From Mobula hypostoma (taxonomy: Eukaryota): DNA of 64,000 nucleotides. Below the pieces are notes generated by a model. The model was not told where the DNA came from, ran no database searches, and saw only the letters and a program-made list of their open reading frames with translations. Below, piece by piece: positions 13,551 through 25,700 of the stretch. The DNA lies in the NCBI RefSeq assembly GCF_963921235.1, contig NC_086097.1:41480001-41544000 (forward strand). Direction: 5' to 3'. The translations under genes and the position numbers were made by a program. Numbering within the stretch: position 1 is the first letter of the stretch; each line of letters begins with the position of its first letter.

Positions 13551-16179
13551 ATGGAATGGTTTAAGAGTTACCGTTCTCTGATACATGGTCCAACAGACAA
13601 TTATTCAATGAACACCAGTAAGATATGGATTTGGCAATCTGCCCTCAAGGCCATCTATGAACTTCTAATCCATTTATAAGAAGGAGCTCAGACTATTATT
13701 AATACACACACTGATACCCAGCAACTGTTCGTTTCAACACTTCTATTTCCTGTCTGTTTCAGTCAGACTTTTATTGTGTTTCTAAATCCTTGTCTCCCTT
13801 TCCCTTCCTTTCTTCTCACTCTCTGTATTTTCTCTTCATGTCTGACATTTGTTAATCTTAATTTTATTATGCTGAGGCAAAATGAAGTGTGTAAAATATT
13901 AAAAGGTACATAACAAATTGATAAAGATAATGTTTGGCAATATATGAGAACTGTGGGCATTCTTCATATATGACAGATTAGTGATTGCAGTTTGTTGCAA
14001 GCCACAGTGTTTGAATATAATAGTGCCAGTAACATTATACTGTTTCTTTGCACTTGATATCAATCTGTCGATCTTCAGCCCATGCCACTCAGGGGCTTGT
14101 GCTCATTTTATTTTGTGACTGTATGCACCTGATCATAATGTATGTGTTGTGTGTGACTATATGTACTATGTTTTACACCTTAGCTCCAGAGGAGCAATGT
14201 TTCGTTTCGCTGTATACATATGCATGGTTAAATGAAAATAAACTTAAACTTGAGATGACACACAGATGTTAAACCTAAAACTTCATGATACCCAGCTTTA
14301 GATGTATGAGAAGTGACTGATCTACTAATTAATTAGTTAATAATCTATAACACATTTTTTTAAAAATCTGAAATACCTGATCACATGCTATAGAATCACA
14401 GAAACGTATATAATTGAATTGATTGCTCTCCAAACAGATTTTCCACAGCAAGAGGGGAGACAAACAGTCACTGTTTCACTGTTACAGTCTGTCTGTCTTG
14501 CTGCTTTTATTTCAAGTTCCCCCGACTCGAGATTCGGCAACAAACTCTCACTCACCATTGAGAGAAAGAGGGAGAGAAGGAGAGTGATCAGCTGAGTGCA
14601 GAGGACTCTGTCAGCCGAACTCACTGCCTTGATGTTCTGGTTCCCTGCTTTGCTTCAATTAGTGACACTGGTGAGAAATTGGGTCCACAGGGCCGCACTA
14701 GGGCATACCACGAAGGCGCCCATTTTCAGGGAGCTCCTGGAGATATCAAAAACATGGCCGATTGGTGAGCTCCAAGAACAGTAACATGCCATCGTGCAGA
14801 ACCGCCGTTTGAGTGCAACTGTAGATCACGGACACCGACAGGACCCCAGTCACCTTGAAAAGGGAAAATGAGACAATAGGAGAAATAGAGAAACATAGAA
14901 ACACAGAAAACCTACAGCACAATACAGGTCCTTTGGCCCACAAGGTTGTGCCGAACATGTCCCTACCTTAGAAATTACCAGGCTTACCCATAGCCCTTTA
15001 TTTTTCTAAACTCCATGTACCTATCCAAAAGTCTCTTAAAAGACCCTATCGTATCCTCCTCCACCACCATCGCTGGCAGCCCATTCCACACACTCACCAC
15101 CTTCTGAGTAAAAAACTTAACCCTCACACCTCCTCTGTACCTACTCCCCAGCACCTTAAACCTGTGTCCTCTTGTGGCAACCATTTCATCCCTGGGAAAA
15201 AGCCTCTGACTATCACCATGATCAATGCCTCTCATCATCTTATACACCTCTATCAGGTCACCTCTCATCCTCCGTTGCTAAGGAGAAAAGGCTGAGTTCA
15301 CTCAGCCTGTTTTCATAAGGCATGCTCCCCAATCCAGGCAACCTCCTTGTAAATCTCCTTTGCACCCTTTCTATGGTTTCCATCTCCTTCCTGTAGTGAG
15401 GCGACCAGAACTGAGCACAGTACTCCAAGTGAGGTCTGACCAGGGTCCTATATAGCTGCAACATTACCTCTCAGCTCCTAAATTCAACTCCATGATTGAT
15501 GAAGGCCAATACACTGTATGCCTTCTTAACCACAGAGTCAACCTGTGCAGCTGCTTTGAGCGTCCTGTGGACTCAGACCCCAAGATCCCTCTGATCCTCC
15601 ACACTGCCAAGAGTCTTACCATTAATACTATATTCTGCCATCGTATTTGTCCTGCCAAAATGAGCCACTTCATACTTATCTGGATTGAACTCCGCCTGCC
15701 ACTTCTCAGCCCGGTTTTGCATCCTATCAATGTCCCACTGTAACCTCAGACAGCCCTCCACACTATCCAAAACACCTCCAGCCTTTGTGTCATCAGCAAA
15801 CTTACTAACCCATCCCTCCACTTCCTCAACCAGGTCATTTATATAAATCACAAAGAGTAGGGGTCCCAGAACAGATCCCTGGTCACCAGTGGTCACCGAA
15901 CTCCATGCAGAAATGACTCATCTACTACCACTCTTTGCCTTCTGTGGGCAGGCCAGTTCTGGATCCACAATGCTATGTCCCCTTGGATCCCATACCTCCT
16001 TAGTTTCTCAATAAGCCTTGCATGGTGTACCTTATCAAATGCCTTGCTGAAATCCATATACACTACATCTACTACTCTTCCTTCATCAATGTGTTTTGTC
16101 ACATCCTCAAAAAATTCAATTAGGCTCGTAAGACACAACCTGCCCTTGACAAAGCCATGCTGACTATTTCTAATCATAT

Positions 16180-17030
16180 TGTTACGTACCCCGTAACTGG
16201 GTTGCCAAACCAGCAGAAATGGATCACTCAGTTGGAGTCTGGAGTACTAGAACTAAGAAAGTTTTATTAAAGAAACAAGCAACACAGTAATCGAAAGGAT
16301 AATAAATGCAACAATTCAACAATGATAACCACACATGTGCACAGAATTAAGATAACAGCATCAATCAAGCTCTATCGTTGTCTAGGGGTAAATGACCAAT
16401 TTCAAAATGACTCAAAGTTCAGTCCAGTTTGTAGTTCAGTTCGCAGTAATCGTTGCCATGGCGGTGGACAACGTGGGGGAAGAGAGAGATAGAATAGGAA
16501 CAACTCATCATTCAGAACGGCTTCACTCACAGACCAGCGGGATGGCTCACAGACCAGCGAGATGGTTCACAAACAGCTTTTGGGCGGGTCCTTGGTGATG
16601 TCACCTGAGGTCACCGACTGTGACCCCTCCTCCAGATGCGGTCGATCCTCTGCAGTGAACCCGGCACCCAGGCAAGGGCGGACACACACCGGGTTCCCGC
16701 TGATCGTACCTTTCCACCCACTCGTGAGAAGCGTACCGCTTCCAGGGTCTCGTTACCTCGGGTGGCGTGTGTCTGTCTTAGCGAACCTGTCCCTTTTTAT
16801 CCCCCTGCTGGGGTATCGCCTGTCCATCACTTCAAACAGTTCGGGGTTCAAAGGGGGGAGCCGCTCCAGACAGCTCTTCCTCCCACATCCCTTCATTACA
16901 CATCTCCAGACGCTGCTCCATTGTTCCTTATCTCTCCTTCCCCTGAGGGCAGGTGGCAGACCAACTGCTGATGCCACTGATGCTAGCCCAGGCCAGCAAA
17001 CATCTTAATTTTATGTGTATTCTCGTAACA
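16180..17030 (-). repeat. 3' LTR (851 bp)
   Basis: TG...CA termini with 7-bp inverted ends. By eye it differs from the other LTR at 2 positions (16759 and 16911). Confidence 0.95.
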
Positions 17031-17040
17031 CTTCCCCCCT
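17031..17040 (-). promoter_or_regulatory. Polypurine tract
   Basis: AGGGGGGAAG-type purine run on the minus strand abutting the 3' LTR. Confidence 0.8.
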
Positions 17041-17356
17041 TTAAGGATTTTTACCGGGAGGTAAAAATTACAAACATGACTACATTATCTGATACATACA
17101 CAATATACATCTTTAACAGTTATTTAGCTAATACAGAGAATTTGAAGCTGTCAACACCTTGACAGACAGTCATCACATTTTCTGTTCCTTTTACACGTGT
17201 TATTAATAATCCCTTAGACCAGGCTCCAACTCAGCAAACTTCATAGTGGCCAAAAACACTGATGAATTGCGACCAATGTAACCTCTCATTTGGTTTTGTC
17301 CCGGACCACAACAACAAGGGTCGTCCCATTCCGACTCAATTTTCCCTCTCAAGGGC

Positions 17357-20176
17357 TTAGTAGGAGGGGGACGGGTTATTGCAAAACTTCCTGCAGTACC
17401 CCACCATCTCCAAAAGCCTTCTGAGGGCCCTCTTGTCTGTCGGGGTTAGGAGGTCAGCGATAGCCTGCACTGTAGCTTGCATCACTGCCAGCTGCCCCTG
17501 TGTCACCACAATTCCCAGGTAAGTGACTCTCGTGTGGCCGAATTCATTTTTTTCAAGGCTCACTATCACGCTGGCTTCAGACAGCCGTGTTAAATTGCCA
17601 ATACACACCTCTGTGTTCATCAGCCCTTTAGTCACTGAATTACTCAAAAAATATGGGTGTTGTTTGCTTGGCTGCCCTATTGTAACCGACATAACCCAAC
17701 GTCCCAGTTCTTTGCATTTCCTCGGGACAATCAAACACATGGGTGCGAGTCGTTTAATTACTCCTTCGGGGATTAAGGGAGAGACCTTATCAGTAGACCT
17801 GGCCAAAACAATAGCCTTCTCCCATCTGACCGATCCCATCCTAATCTTTTCAAAATGGTTTTTTCCTCTTATCAGGGGGCCCCTAGCTTCATTGATTTCC
17901 ACGCTAACACCGACTAGGTTTGTTGGCATATCAAAAGCCGGTGACCGTCTCAGTTCGCGTCGGTCATGATCAATAACATTTTTCCCCCTGGGCAGCCGGT
18001 AACTCTCTTTCATGATTCCACCAACTGTTTCCTCCAGCACCGCAAAATGTCCACCGGGGGGTACCTCGTGGGCCATGTTAAAAACCTCATCCCCATAACT
18101 CTTTTGCACCACCCCCCATTCCTCATCTGCGGGTACTGTACTTGATTTCCCTTTCTTCCTTAGCACTTCCTCCTCCGCACAATAGCTTGTCAAGGCTGTG
18201 TCAGAGAGAGCGGTCTCGGCAAAAACCATCAGCCCCTCGTCTCGCTCCTGCGTCTGCACAAATTCTTTCCTGGCTACTGCTACGTCCGTCCCAGCTCCCT
18301 CACTACCTCTTATCTCACTACACCCTGTCTCATACAAGGTTGGCAGAAATGTTTCAGCCAAATTCACCATCGCGGGCGGGGCCTCCATGCTGGCAGGCTG
18401 ACCCGTCAATCTCACGACTGGGAACACGATTCCTCCGGCGATGTCATTACCGAGCAAGACTTCCACGTCTTTCATCGGTAATTCGGACCTCACCCCGATC
18501 GTGACTAGTCCAGAGACCAGGTTGCTCTGTAAATGTATCTGGTGCAAAGGGACTGACTCTGTCCCTTCCCCAACACCTTTGACCTCTACCTCCCCAGTCT
18601 GGGTCTCTGAGCTAAACTCTAATACACTCTTCAGTATTAGTGACTGACACGCTCCTGTGTCTCTCCAGATCCGTACTGGAACTGGTTTTAACCTCTCCTT
18701 CACTGACACCAGTCCGGCCGAGATAAACCTCTCGCGCCCTTCCTGGACTTTTTCAGACCTGTCCTTCCCTAGCGGTTCGCTTAACAGCTCAATACAGCCA
18801 TTCAAAATTTCCGCTTTTCCTTTCCCCGTCTCCTTCCTTGGGGCAAAGCACCTGGACGCAAAGTGTCCGACTTTCCCACAATTATAACAGACGACCCCAG
18901 GAGACTTCCTACCAGACTGCTCCCGGTCTACCTTATCCTTTTCACTAGTCCCCGGCTTACTTTCTGACTTTTCCGGCGGACTCTCCCCGCCGTCCTGACT
19001 ACCCTTCTGGTAGCCTTTACTCGGGGCAACCTTCATTTTATGCGTCAACGCATACTCATCCGCTAACTTAGCAGTTGCGGCTAACGTGGCTGCCTCTTTC
19101 TCATCGAGGTAGGGTCTCATACCCTCAGGGACACAACCTTTAAACTGCTCAATCAGAACCAGTTGCAGCAGTCTGTCATAATCCCCCTCTACCCCTTTCG
19201 AGGCGCACCAACGCTCACAATATGTTTGCATCTCGCGAGCAAACTCCAAATACGTGCGGTCCCACCGCTTCCTCGCATTCCGGAACCTCTGCCGGTATGC
19301 CTCCGGGACCAACTCATAAATCCTGAGGATGGCCTCTTTCACCACCTCATACCTCTGGGCATCTTCCGCGGATAAAGCGGAGTAAGCTTGTTGGGCTTTC
19401 CCTCTCAGTACACTCTGAAGTAAGACAACCCACTTATCCCTCGGCCATTCCTGACTTATGGCCACTTTTTCGAAATGGAGAAAGTACCGATCCACATCGG
19501 TATCGTCAAATGGGGGAACCAGCCTAACCTCCTGGGTCGCCCGGAACCCTCCACCTTGGTTCGGCACGAGCCCCTGCTCGGCCCTTATCTTTAACTTCTC
19601 CAGCTCAAATTCCCTTTCCCTCTGTTTCTCCTCTCTCTCCAACTGTCTGTCCCTCTCTCTCTCTTCTCTCTCCAACTGTCTGTCCCTCTCTCTCTCTTCT
19701 CTCTCCAACTGTCTTTCTCTCTCTTGCCTTTCTACCTCTTTCTCTCTCTCCCGCCTTTCTAACTCTCTCTCTTTCTCCTGCCTTTCTAACTCTCTCTCTT
19801 TCTCCTGCCTTTCTAACTCTCTCTCTTTCTCCTGCCTTTCTAACTCTCTCTCTTTCTCCTGCCTTTCTAACTCTCTCTCTTTCTCCTGCCTTTCTAACTG
19901 CCGTACCCGGAACTCGTGCTCGAGTCTCAGTTTTTCAAGCTGTACCTGTACCGCGTCTCCAGCAGGTTTTTCAATAGACACCTCCCCCAGCTCACCTTGG
20001 GGAAACACACCTTTAGATACATAGTGCTCTACAATAGCTCTGTGTATCTCCTCTCTCCTCATTGTCGACTTCACCTTAGCAAGATTCACCCGTTTTGCCA
20101 CAGCTATCAATTCCGATTTCCTGGCATCCTCTAATGCCTCCAAGGTCGGCGCCTTTATAAATTCCTCAACCTCCAT
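17357..20176 (-). CDS. 939-aa Gag (coiled coil, SCAN-like capsid, CCHC knuckle)-aspartic protease with degenerate integrase and RT relics
   Basis: YELVPEAYRQRFR...LIEQFKGCV...AKLADEY (SCAN-like), CYNCGKVGHFASRC, IWRDTGACQS protease, QERD..AHEVPPGGHF integrase Zn-binding relic, VTYLG...ALRRLLEMVGYCRKF RT thumb relic. Confidence 0.9.
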   Translation of the reverse strand: MEVEEFIKAPTLEALEDARKSELIAVAKRVNLAKVKSTMRREEIHRAIVEHYVSKGVFPQGELGEVSIEKPAGDAVQVQLEKLRLEHEFRVRQLERQEKERELERQEKERELERQEKERELERQEKERELERQEKERELERREREKEVERQERERQLEREERERDRQLEREERERDRQLEREEKQREREFELEKLKIRAEQGLVPNQGGGFRATQEVRLVPPFDDTDVDRYFLHFEKVAISQEWPRDKWVVLLQSVLRGKAQQAYSALSAEDAQRYEVVKEAILRIYELVPEAYRQRFRNARKRWDRTYLEFAREMQTYCERWCASKGVEGDYDRLLQLVLIEQFKGCVPEGMRPYLDEKEAATLAATAKLADEYALTHKMKVAPSKGYQKGSQDGGESPPEKSESKPGTSEKDKVDREQSGRKSPGVVCYNCGKVGHFASRCFAPRKETGKGKAEILNGCIELLSEPLGKDRSEKVQEGRERFISAGLVSVKERLKPVPVRIWRDTGACQSLILKSVLEFSSETQTGEVEVKGVGEGTESVPLHQIHLQSNLVSGLVTIGVRSELPMKDVEVLLGNDIAGGIVFPVVRLTGQPASMEAPPAMVNLAETFLPTLYETGCSEIRGSEGAGTDVAVARKEFVQTQERDEGLMVFAETALSDTALTSYCAEEEVLRKKGKSSTVPADEEWGVVQKSYGDEVFNMAHEVPPGGHFAVLEETVGGIMKESYRLPRGKNVIDHDRRELRRSPAFDMPTNLVGVSVEINEARGPLIRGKNHFEKIRMGSVRWEKAIVLARSTDKVSPLIPEGVIKRLAPMCLIVPRKCKELGRWVMSVTIGQPSKQHPYFLSNSVTKGLMNTEVCIGNLTRLSEASVIVSLEKNEFGHTRVTYLGIVVTQGQLAVMQATVQAIADLLTPTDKRALRRLLEMVGYCRKFCNNPSPSY
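19620..19900 (-). repeat. Coding tandem repeats in gag: 27-bp (ERQEKEREL) x ~5 and 33-bp (QLEREERERDR) units
   Basis: ctttctaactctctctctttctcctgc is repeated in tandem, and the repeats are visible in the translation. Confidence 0.9.
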
Positions 20177-20245
20177 TTCTGCTGTTTGTCTTTTCTTTCT
20201 TTCGGGAATTTTAACCCAATCAATTTACTCCGTCCCAAATTTAGC

Positions 20246-20271
20246 GTTCAAAATCGCGGACGAGAACCCCA
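20246..20271 (-). promoter_or_regulatory. Primer-binding site, tRNA-Pro-like (degenerate)
   Basis: Minus strand TGGGGTTCTCGTCCGCGATTTTGAAC, 4 nt inside the 5' LTR boundary, versus the tRNA-Pro complement TGGGGGCTCGTCCGGGATTTGAAC. Confidence 0.75.
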
Positions 20272-20275
20272 CTTA

Positions 20276-21126
20276 TGTTACGTACCCCGTAACTGGGTTG
20301 CCAAACCAGCAGAAATGGATCACTCAGTTGGAGTCTGGAGTACTAGAACTAAGAAAGTTTTATTAAAGAAACAAGCAACACAGTAATCGAAAGGATAATA
20401 AATGCAACAATTCAACAATGATAACCACACATGTGCACAGAATTAAGATAACAGCATCAATCAAGCTCTATCGTTGTCTAGGGGTAAATGACCAATTTCA
20501 AAATGACTCAAAGTTCAGTCCAGTTTGTAGTTCAGTTCGCAGTAATCGTTGCCATGGCGGTGGACAACGTGGGGGAAGAGAGAGATAGAATAGGAACAAC
20601 TCATCATTCAGAACGGCTTCACTCACAGACCAGCGGGATGGCTCACAGACCAGCGAGATGGTTCACAAACAGCTTTTGGGCGGGTCCTTGGTGATGTCAC
20701 CTGAGGTCACCGACTGTGACCCCTCCTCCAGATGCGGTCGATCCTCTGCAGTGAACCCGGCACCCAGGCAAGGGCGGACACACACCGGGTTCCCGCTGAT
20801 CGTACCTTTCCACCCACTCGTGAGAAGCGTACCGCTTCCAGGGTCTCGTTACCTTGGGTGGCGTGTGTCTGTCTTAGCGAACCTGTCCCTTTTTATCCCC
20901 CTGCTGGGGTATCGCCTGTCCATCACTTCAAACAGTTCGGGGTTCAAAGGGGGGAGCCGCTCCAGACAGCTCTTCCTCCCACATCCCTTCATTACACATC
21001 TCCAGATGCTGCTCCATTGTTCCTTATCTCTCCTTCCCCTGAGGGCAGGTGGCAGACCAACTGCTGATGCCACTGATGCTAGCCCAGGCCAGCAAACATC
21101 TTAATTTTATGTGTATTCTCGTAACA
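20276..21126 (-). repeat. 5' LTR (851 bp)
   Basis: Direct repeat of 16180-17030 at an offset of 4096 bp. Confidence 0.95.
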
Positions 21127-22735
21127 ATATTATACCTCATCAATTGTTCATAAAACCTGCCTCTCAGGATCTTCTGCATCAGCTTACCAACCACTGAAGT
21201 AATGCTCACTGGTCTATAATTTCCTGGGCTATCTCTACTCCCTTTCTTGAATAAAGGAACAACATCTGCAACCCTCCAATCCTCCAGAACCTCTCCCATC
21301 CTCATTGATGATGCAAGGATCATCGCCAGAAGCTCAGCAATCTCCTCTCTCGCCTCCCGCAGTGTCCTGGGGTACATCTCATCTGGTCCTGGTGACTCAT
21401 CCAACTTGATGCTTTCCAAAAGCTCCAGCACATCCTCTTTCTTAATATCTACATGCTCAAGCTTTTCAGTCCACTGTAAGTCATCACTACAATCACCATA
21501 GTGAATCCTTTTCTCTGTTCTTTTCCATAGTGAATACTGAAGTAAAGTATTCATTAAGTACCTCTACTATTTCCTCCAGTTCTATACACACTTTCCCACT
21601 GTCACACTTGTTAGGTCCTATTCTTTCATGTCTTATCCTCTTGCTTTTCACATACTTGTAGAATGCCTTGGGGTTTTCCTTAATCCTGCCCGCCAAGGCC
21701 TTCTCATGGCCCCTTTTGACTCTCCTAATTTCCTTCTTAAGCTCCTTCCTGTTATCCTTATAATCTTCTAGATCTCTAACATTACCCAGCTCTCTGAACC
21801 TTTTGTAAGCTTTTCTTCTTGGCGAGATTTATTTCAGCCTTTGTCCACCATGGTTCCTGTACCCTACCATAACTTCCCTGTCTCATTGGAACGTACCTGT
21901 GCAGAACTCCACACAAATATCCCCTGAACATTTGCCAACCATTTCTTCCGTACTTTTCCCTGAGAACATCTGTTCCCAATTAAAGCTTGCAATTTCCTGC
22001 CTGATAGCGTCATAATTCCCCTTACTCCAATTAAACGCTTTTCTAACTTGGCTATTCCTATCTCTATCCAATGCTATTGTAAAGGACATAGAATTATGAT
22101 CACTATCTCCAAAATGCTCTCCCACTGAGAGATCTGACACCTGACCAGGTTCATTTCCCAATACCACATCAAGTATACCCTCTCTGCTTATAGGCTTAAC
22201 TACATATTATGTCAAAAAACCTTCCTGAACACACCTAACAAACTCCACCCCATCTTAACCATCTAAATCTAAAGGAGAAGAATGTAAACTGTTTCACTGA
22301 TCGGCTGGGAGAAGTTGCCCTCTGGCGCCATCTTTACCTCTGCCCTTACTCTTTTTTTTGTATTGCATATGTTTCAGTAATCAAATTTATCCAAACCCAG
22401 AGGCACAAGAGACTGCAGGAGCTGGAATCTGGACCAACAAACAAGCTGCTGGAGAAACAGTGCATTGAGTGGCATCTGTCGGGGTTACTCAATTCTATCT
22501 TACGTCAATGATTGAAATTAGGGGACGTCATTGCTGATTCCAGATCAGAAATACATTGTAACCTCTCAGTCTATCAAAATCCTTCATGAAGTAATAATTA
22601 TATCTACTTTCCTCTTCACCTTCTCTGTTCTAGTAGAAATTGCCCCTGTAGTTCTTATCCTATTTTTCATAATTCTGGTGAAGTGTCTGAAGCCACTGAT
22701 GGTTCTGGTGAGTTGATTGTCAACGTCTCTTATTC

Positions 22736-25700
22736 ACAAGATCACAAGACAAAGGAGCAGAAGTAGGCTATTCGGCCCATCGAGTCTGTTCCGCCACTCC
22801 ACCAAGAGCTAAACTATCCTCCCATCTAGTTCTAATTTCCAGCTTTTTCCCCATATCCCTTGATACCCTGACTAATTAGATATCTATCAATCTCCTCCTT
22901 AAACACCCTCAATGATCGGGCCTCCACAGCTGTATGTGGCAACGAAATCCATAAATCTACGACCCTCTGGCTAAAAAAATTTCTCCCCATCTCTGTTTTA
23001 AATGGGTAACCTCTAATTCTAAGACTGTGGCCTCTGGTCCTGAACTCACCCACCAAGGGAAACAGCCTTTCCATATCTACTCTGTCCAACCCTTTCAACA
23101 TTCAAAATGTTTCTATGAGATCCCCTCTCATTCTTCTATACTCTAATGAATAAGCCAAGAGCCGACAAACGCTCCTCATATGTTAGCCCCTGCATTCTAG
23201 GAATCATCCCCGTAAATCTTCTCTGAACTCTCTCCAACATCAGAACATCCCTTCTAAGATAGGGGGCCCAAAACTGCACACAGTATTCCAAATGAGGGCT
23301 CACCAGTGTCCCATAAAGCCTCATGAACACCTCTTTACTCTTATACACTATTCCTCTTGAAATGAATGCCAACATAGCATTCGCTTTCCTTACTGCCGAT
23401 CCAACCTGGTGGTTAACCTTTAGGGTATCCTGCACGAGGACCCCCCAAGTCACTTTACACTTCTGATTTTTGAATTTTCTCCCCATCTAAATAATAATCT
23501 GCCCAATTATTTCTTTTTCCAAAATGTACAACCATACATTTCTCAACATTGTATCTCATCTGCCATTTCTTTGCCCACTCTCCTAATCTGACCAAGTCTC
23601 TCTGCAATCTTTCCCTTTGTTCAACACTTCCTGCTCCTCCACCTATCTTGGTGTCATCCGCAAACTTAGCCACAAAACCATTTAATCCATAACCTAAATC
23701 ATCGATATACATTGTAAAAAGAAGCGGCCCCAACACTGACCCCTGCGGAACACCACTAGTAACTGGCAACCAATCAGAATAGGATCCCTTTATTCCCACC
23801 CTTTGCTTTCTGCCTATCAGCCAATGTTCCACCCATTCCAATATCTTTCCTGTAATTCCATGGGCTCTCATCTTATTAAGCAGCCTCTTATGCGGCACCT
23901 TATTGAAGGCCTTTTGAAAATCCAAATACACAACATCCACAGCCTTTCCCTTGTCAATCTTATTTGAGATTACCTCAAAAAATTCCAATAGGTTGGTGAA
24001 GCAGGATCTTCCCTTCATGAAACCATGCTGGCTTGGGCCTATCTTGTCACGCACCTCGAGGTATTTCATAACCTTGTCCTTGAGGATCGACTCCAATAAC
24101 TTTCCAACTACCGATGTCAGACTAATAGGTCTGTAATTTTCTTTTTGCTGCCTCCCTCCTTTCTTAAGCAGCGGAACTACATTTGCGACCTTCCAGTCCT
24201 CCAGAACCATGTCATAGTCTGTTGATTCCTGGAAAAACATTTCCAATGCCTCCACAATCTCCAAAGCCACCTCCTTCAGAACCCATGGGTGCACCTCATC
24301 CAGTCCAGGAGCCTTATCTATTCTTAGTCCATTTAGCTTCCCAAGCACTTTCTCTCTCGTAATCTTGACTGTACCTAATTCTATTCCCTGAGACCTCTGG
24401 CTATCAGGTATGTTGCTCACTGTGAAGACTGATGCAAAATACTCATTTAGTTCCTCTGCCATCTCTTTGTTACTCATTATAATTTCTCCAGCATCATTTT
24501 CAGTCAGTCCTATATCTAACCGTGTCACTCTTTTACCCTTCATATATTTAACAAAACTCTTGGTATCCTTTTTTATGCTAATTACCAACTTCCTTTCATA
24601 ATTCATCTTTTCTTTCCTAATGACTTTCTTAGTTTCCTTCTGTAAGTTTTTAAAAGTGGTCCAGTCCTCAGTTTACTCACTAATTTTTGCTTCCTTGTAC
24701 GCAGTCTCTTTTGCTTTTATTTTAGCCTAAACCTCTCTCGTTAGCCACATTTGTGCCATTTTTCCATTTATGGTTTTCTTTTTTTCTGGAATATATTTTT
24801 CCTGCACATTACTTATTTCTTGTAGAAATTTCATCCAATTCTGCTCTACCGCCACTCCATCTAGTTTACTTTTCCAATCGACCTGGGCCAGTTCTTCTCT
24901 CATACCACTGTAATTTCCTTTGTTCCACTGAAATATCGATACACCTGATACCAGCTTCTCCTTTTCAAATTTGAAACTGAACTCAATCATATTATGATCA
25001 CTACTTCCAAGGGGTTCCATTACCTCCAGTTCCCTAATCATCTCCGGTTCATTACACAGCACCTAATCCAAACCAGCTGATCCCCTGGTGGGCTTATGGA
25101 CAAGCTGCTCCAAAAAGCCATCCTGTAGGCATTCTATAAACTCACTCTCCTGAGATCCAGTACCTTCCTGGCTTTCTGAATCCACTTTCATATTAAAATC
25201 CCCCATAATTATCTTGACATTTTCCTTCTGACACGCTTTTTCTATTTCCAGCTGTAACTTGTAGTCCACATCCTGGCTGCTGTTTGGAGGCCTGTATATA
25301 ACTGCTATTAGTGTCTTTTTACCCTTGCCATTTCTTAACTCGACCAATAAGGATTCTACCTCTTCTGATCCTATGTTCCTTCTTTCTGGTGATTTGATAT
25401 CGTTGCTTACCATCAGGGCCACGCCACCCCCTTTACCTACCTTCCTATCTTTCCTATATACTGTGTATCCTTGGACATTCAGCTCCCAATCACATCCATC
25501 ATTTAGCCATGACTCGGTGAAGGCCACAATGTCATATCTTTTAACCTGTAGCTGTTCAACAAGGTCATCCACTTTATTTCTAATGCTGCATGCATTTAAG
25601 TACAGCACATTTAGATCAATATCTGTTACCAATTTTGCTATATTTCTGTTGCACAGCAAATTATCCTGTCCATTCACCTGCCTGCCCTTCTTGCCATCTT

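Larger units (their letters stand above)
16180..21126 (-). mobile_element. Young non-autonomous Gmr1-like (SCAN-gag) Ty3/gypsy LTR retrotransposon, 4947 bp
   Basis: Two 851-bp LTRs bounded by TGTTACG...CGTAACA, ATAT target-site duplication (16176-16179 and 21127-21130), PBS, PPT and a single long ORF. Confidence 0.95.
14885..22260 (-). mobile_element. CR1 LINE (ORF2 partial to 3' tail) interrupted by the LTR element at 16180-21126
   Basis: GNYRPVSITSVVGKLM...MRYN|MIRNSQHGFVKG reads continuously once the LTR element and one ATAT are removed. QGSVLGP and FADD motifs present. Confidence 0.93.

Noticed and set aside
16392..17008. ORFs duplicated at 20488-21104 that look like a gene duplication
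   Set aside because: They lie within the two LTRs and have no recognisable protein motifs.
19458..20024. 188-aa Ser/Leu-rich ORF on the + strand
   Set aside because: Antisense shadow of the gag tandem repeats.
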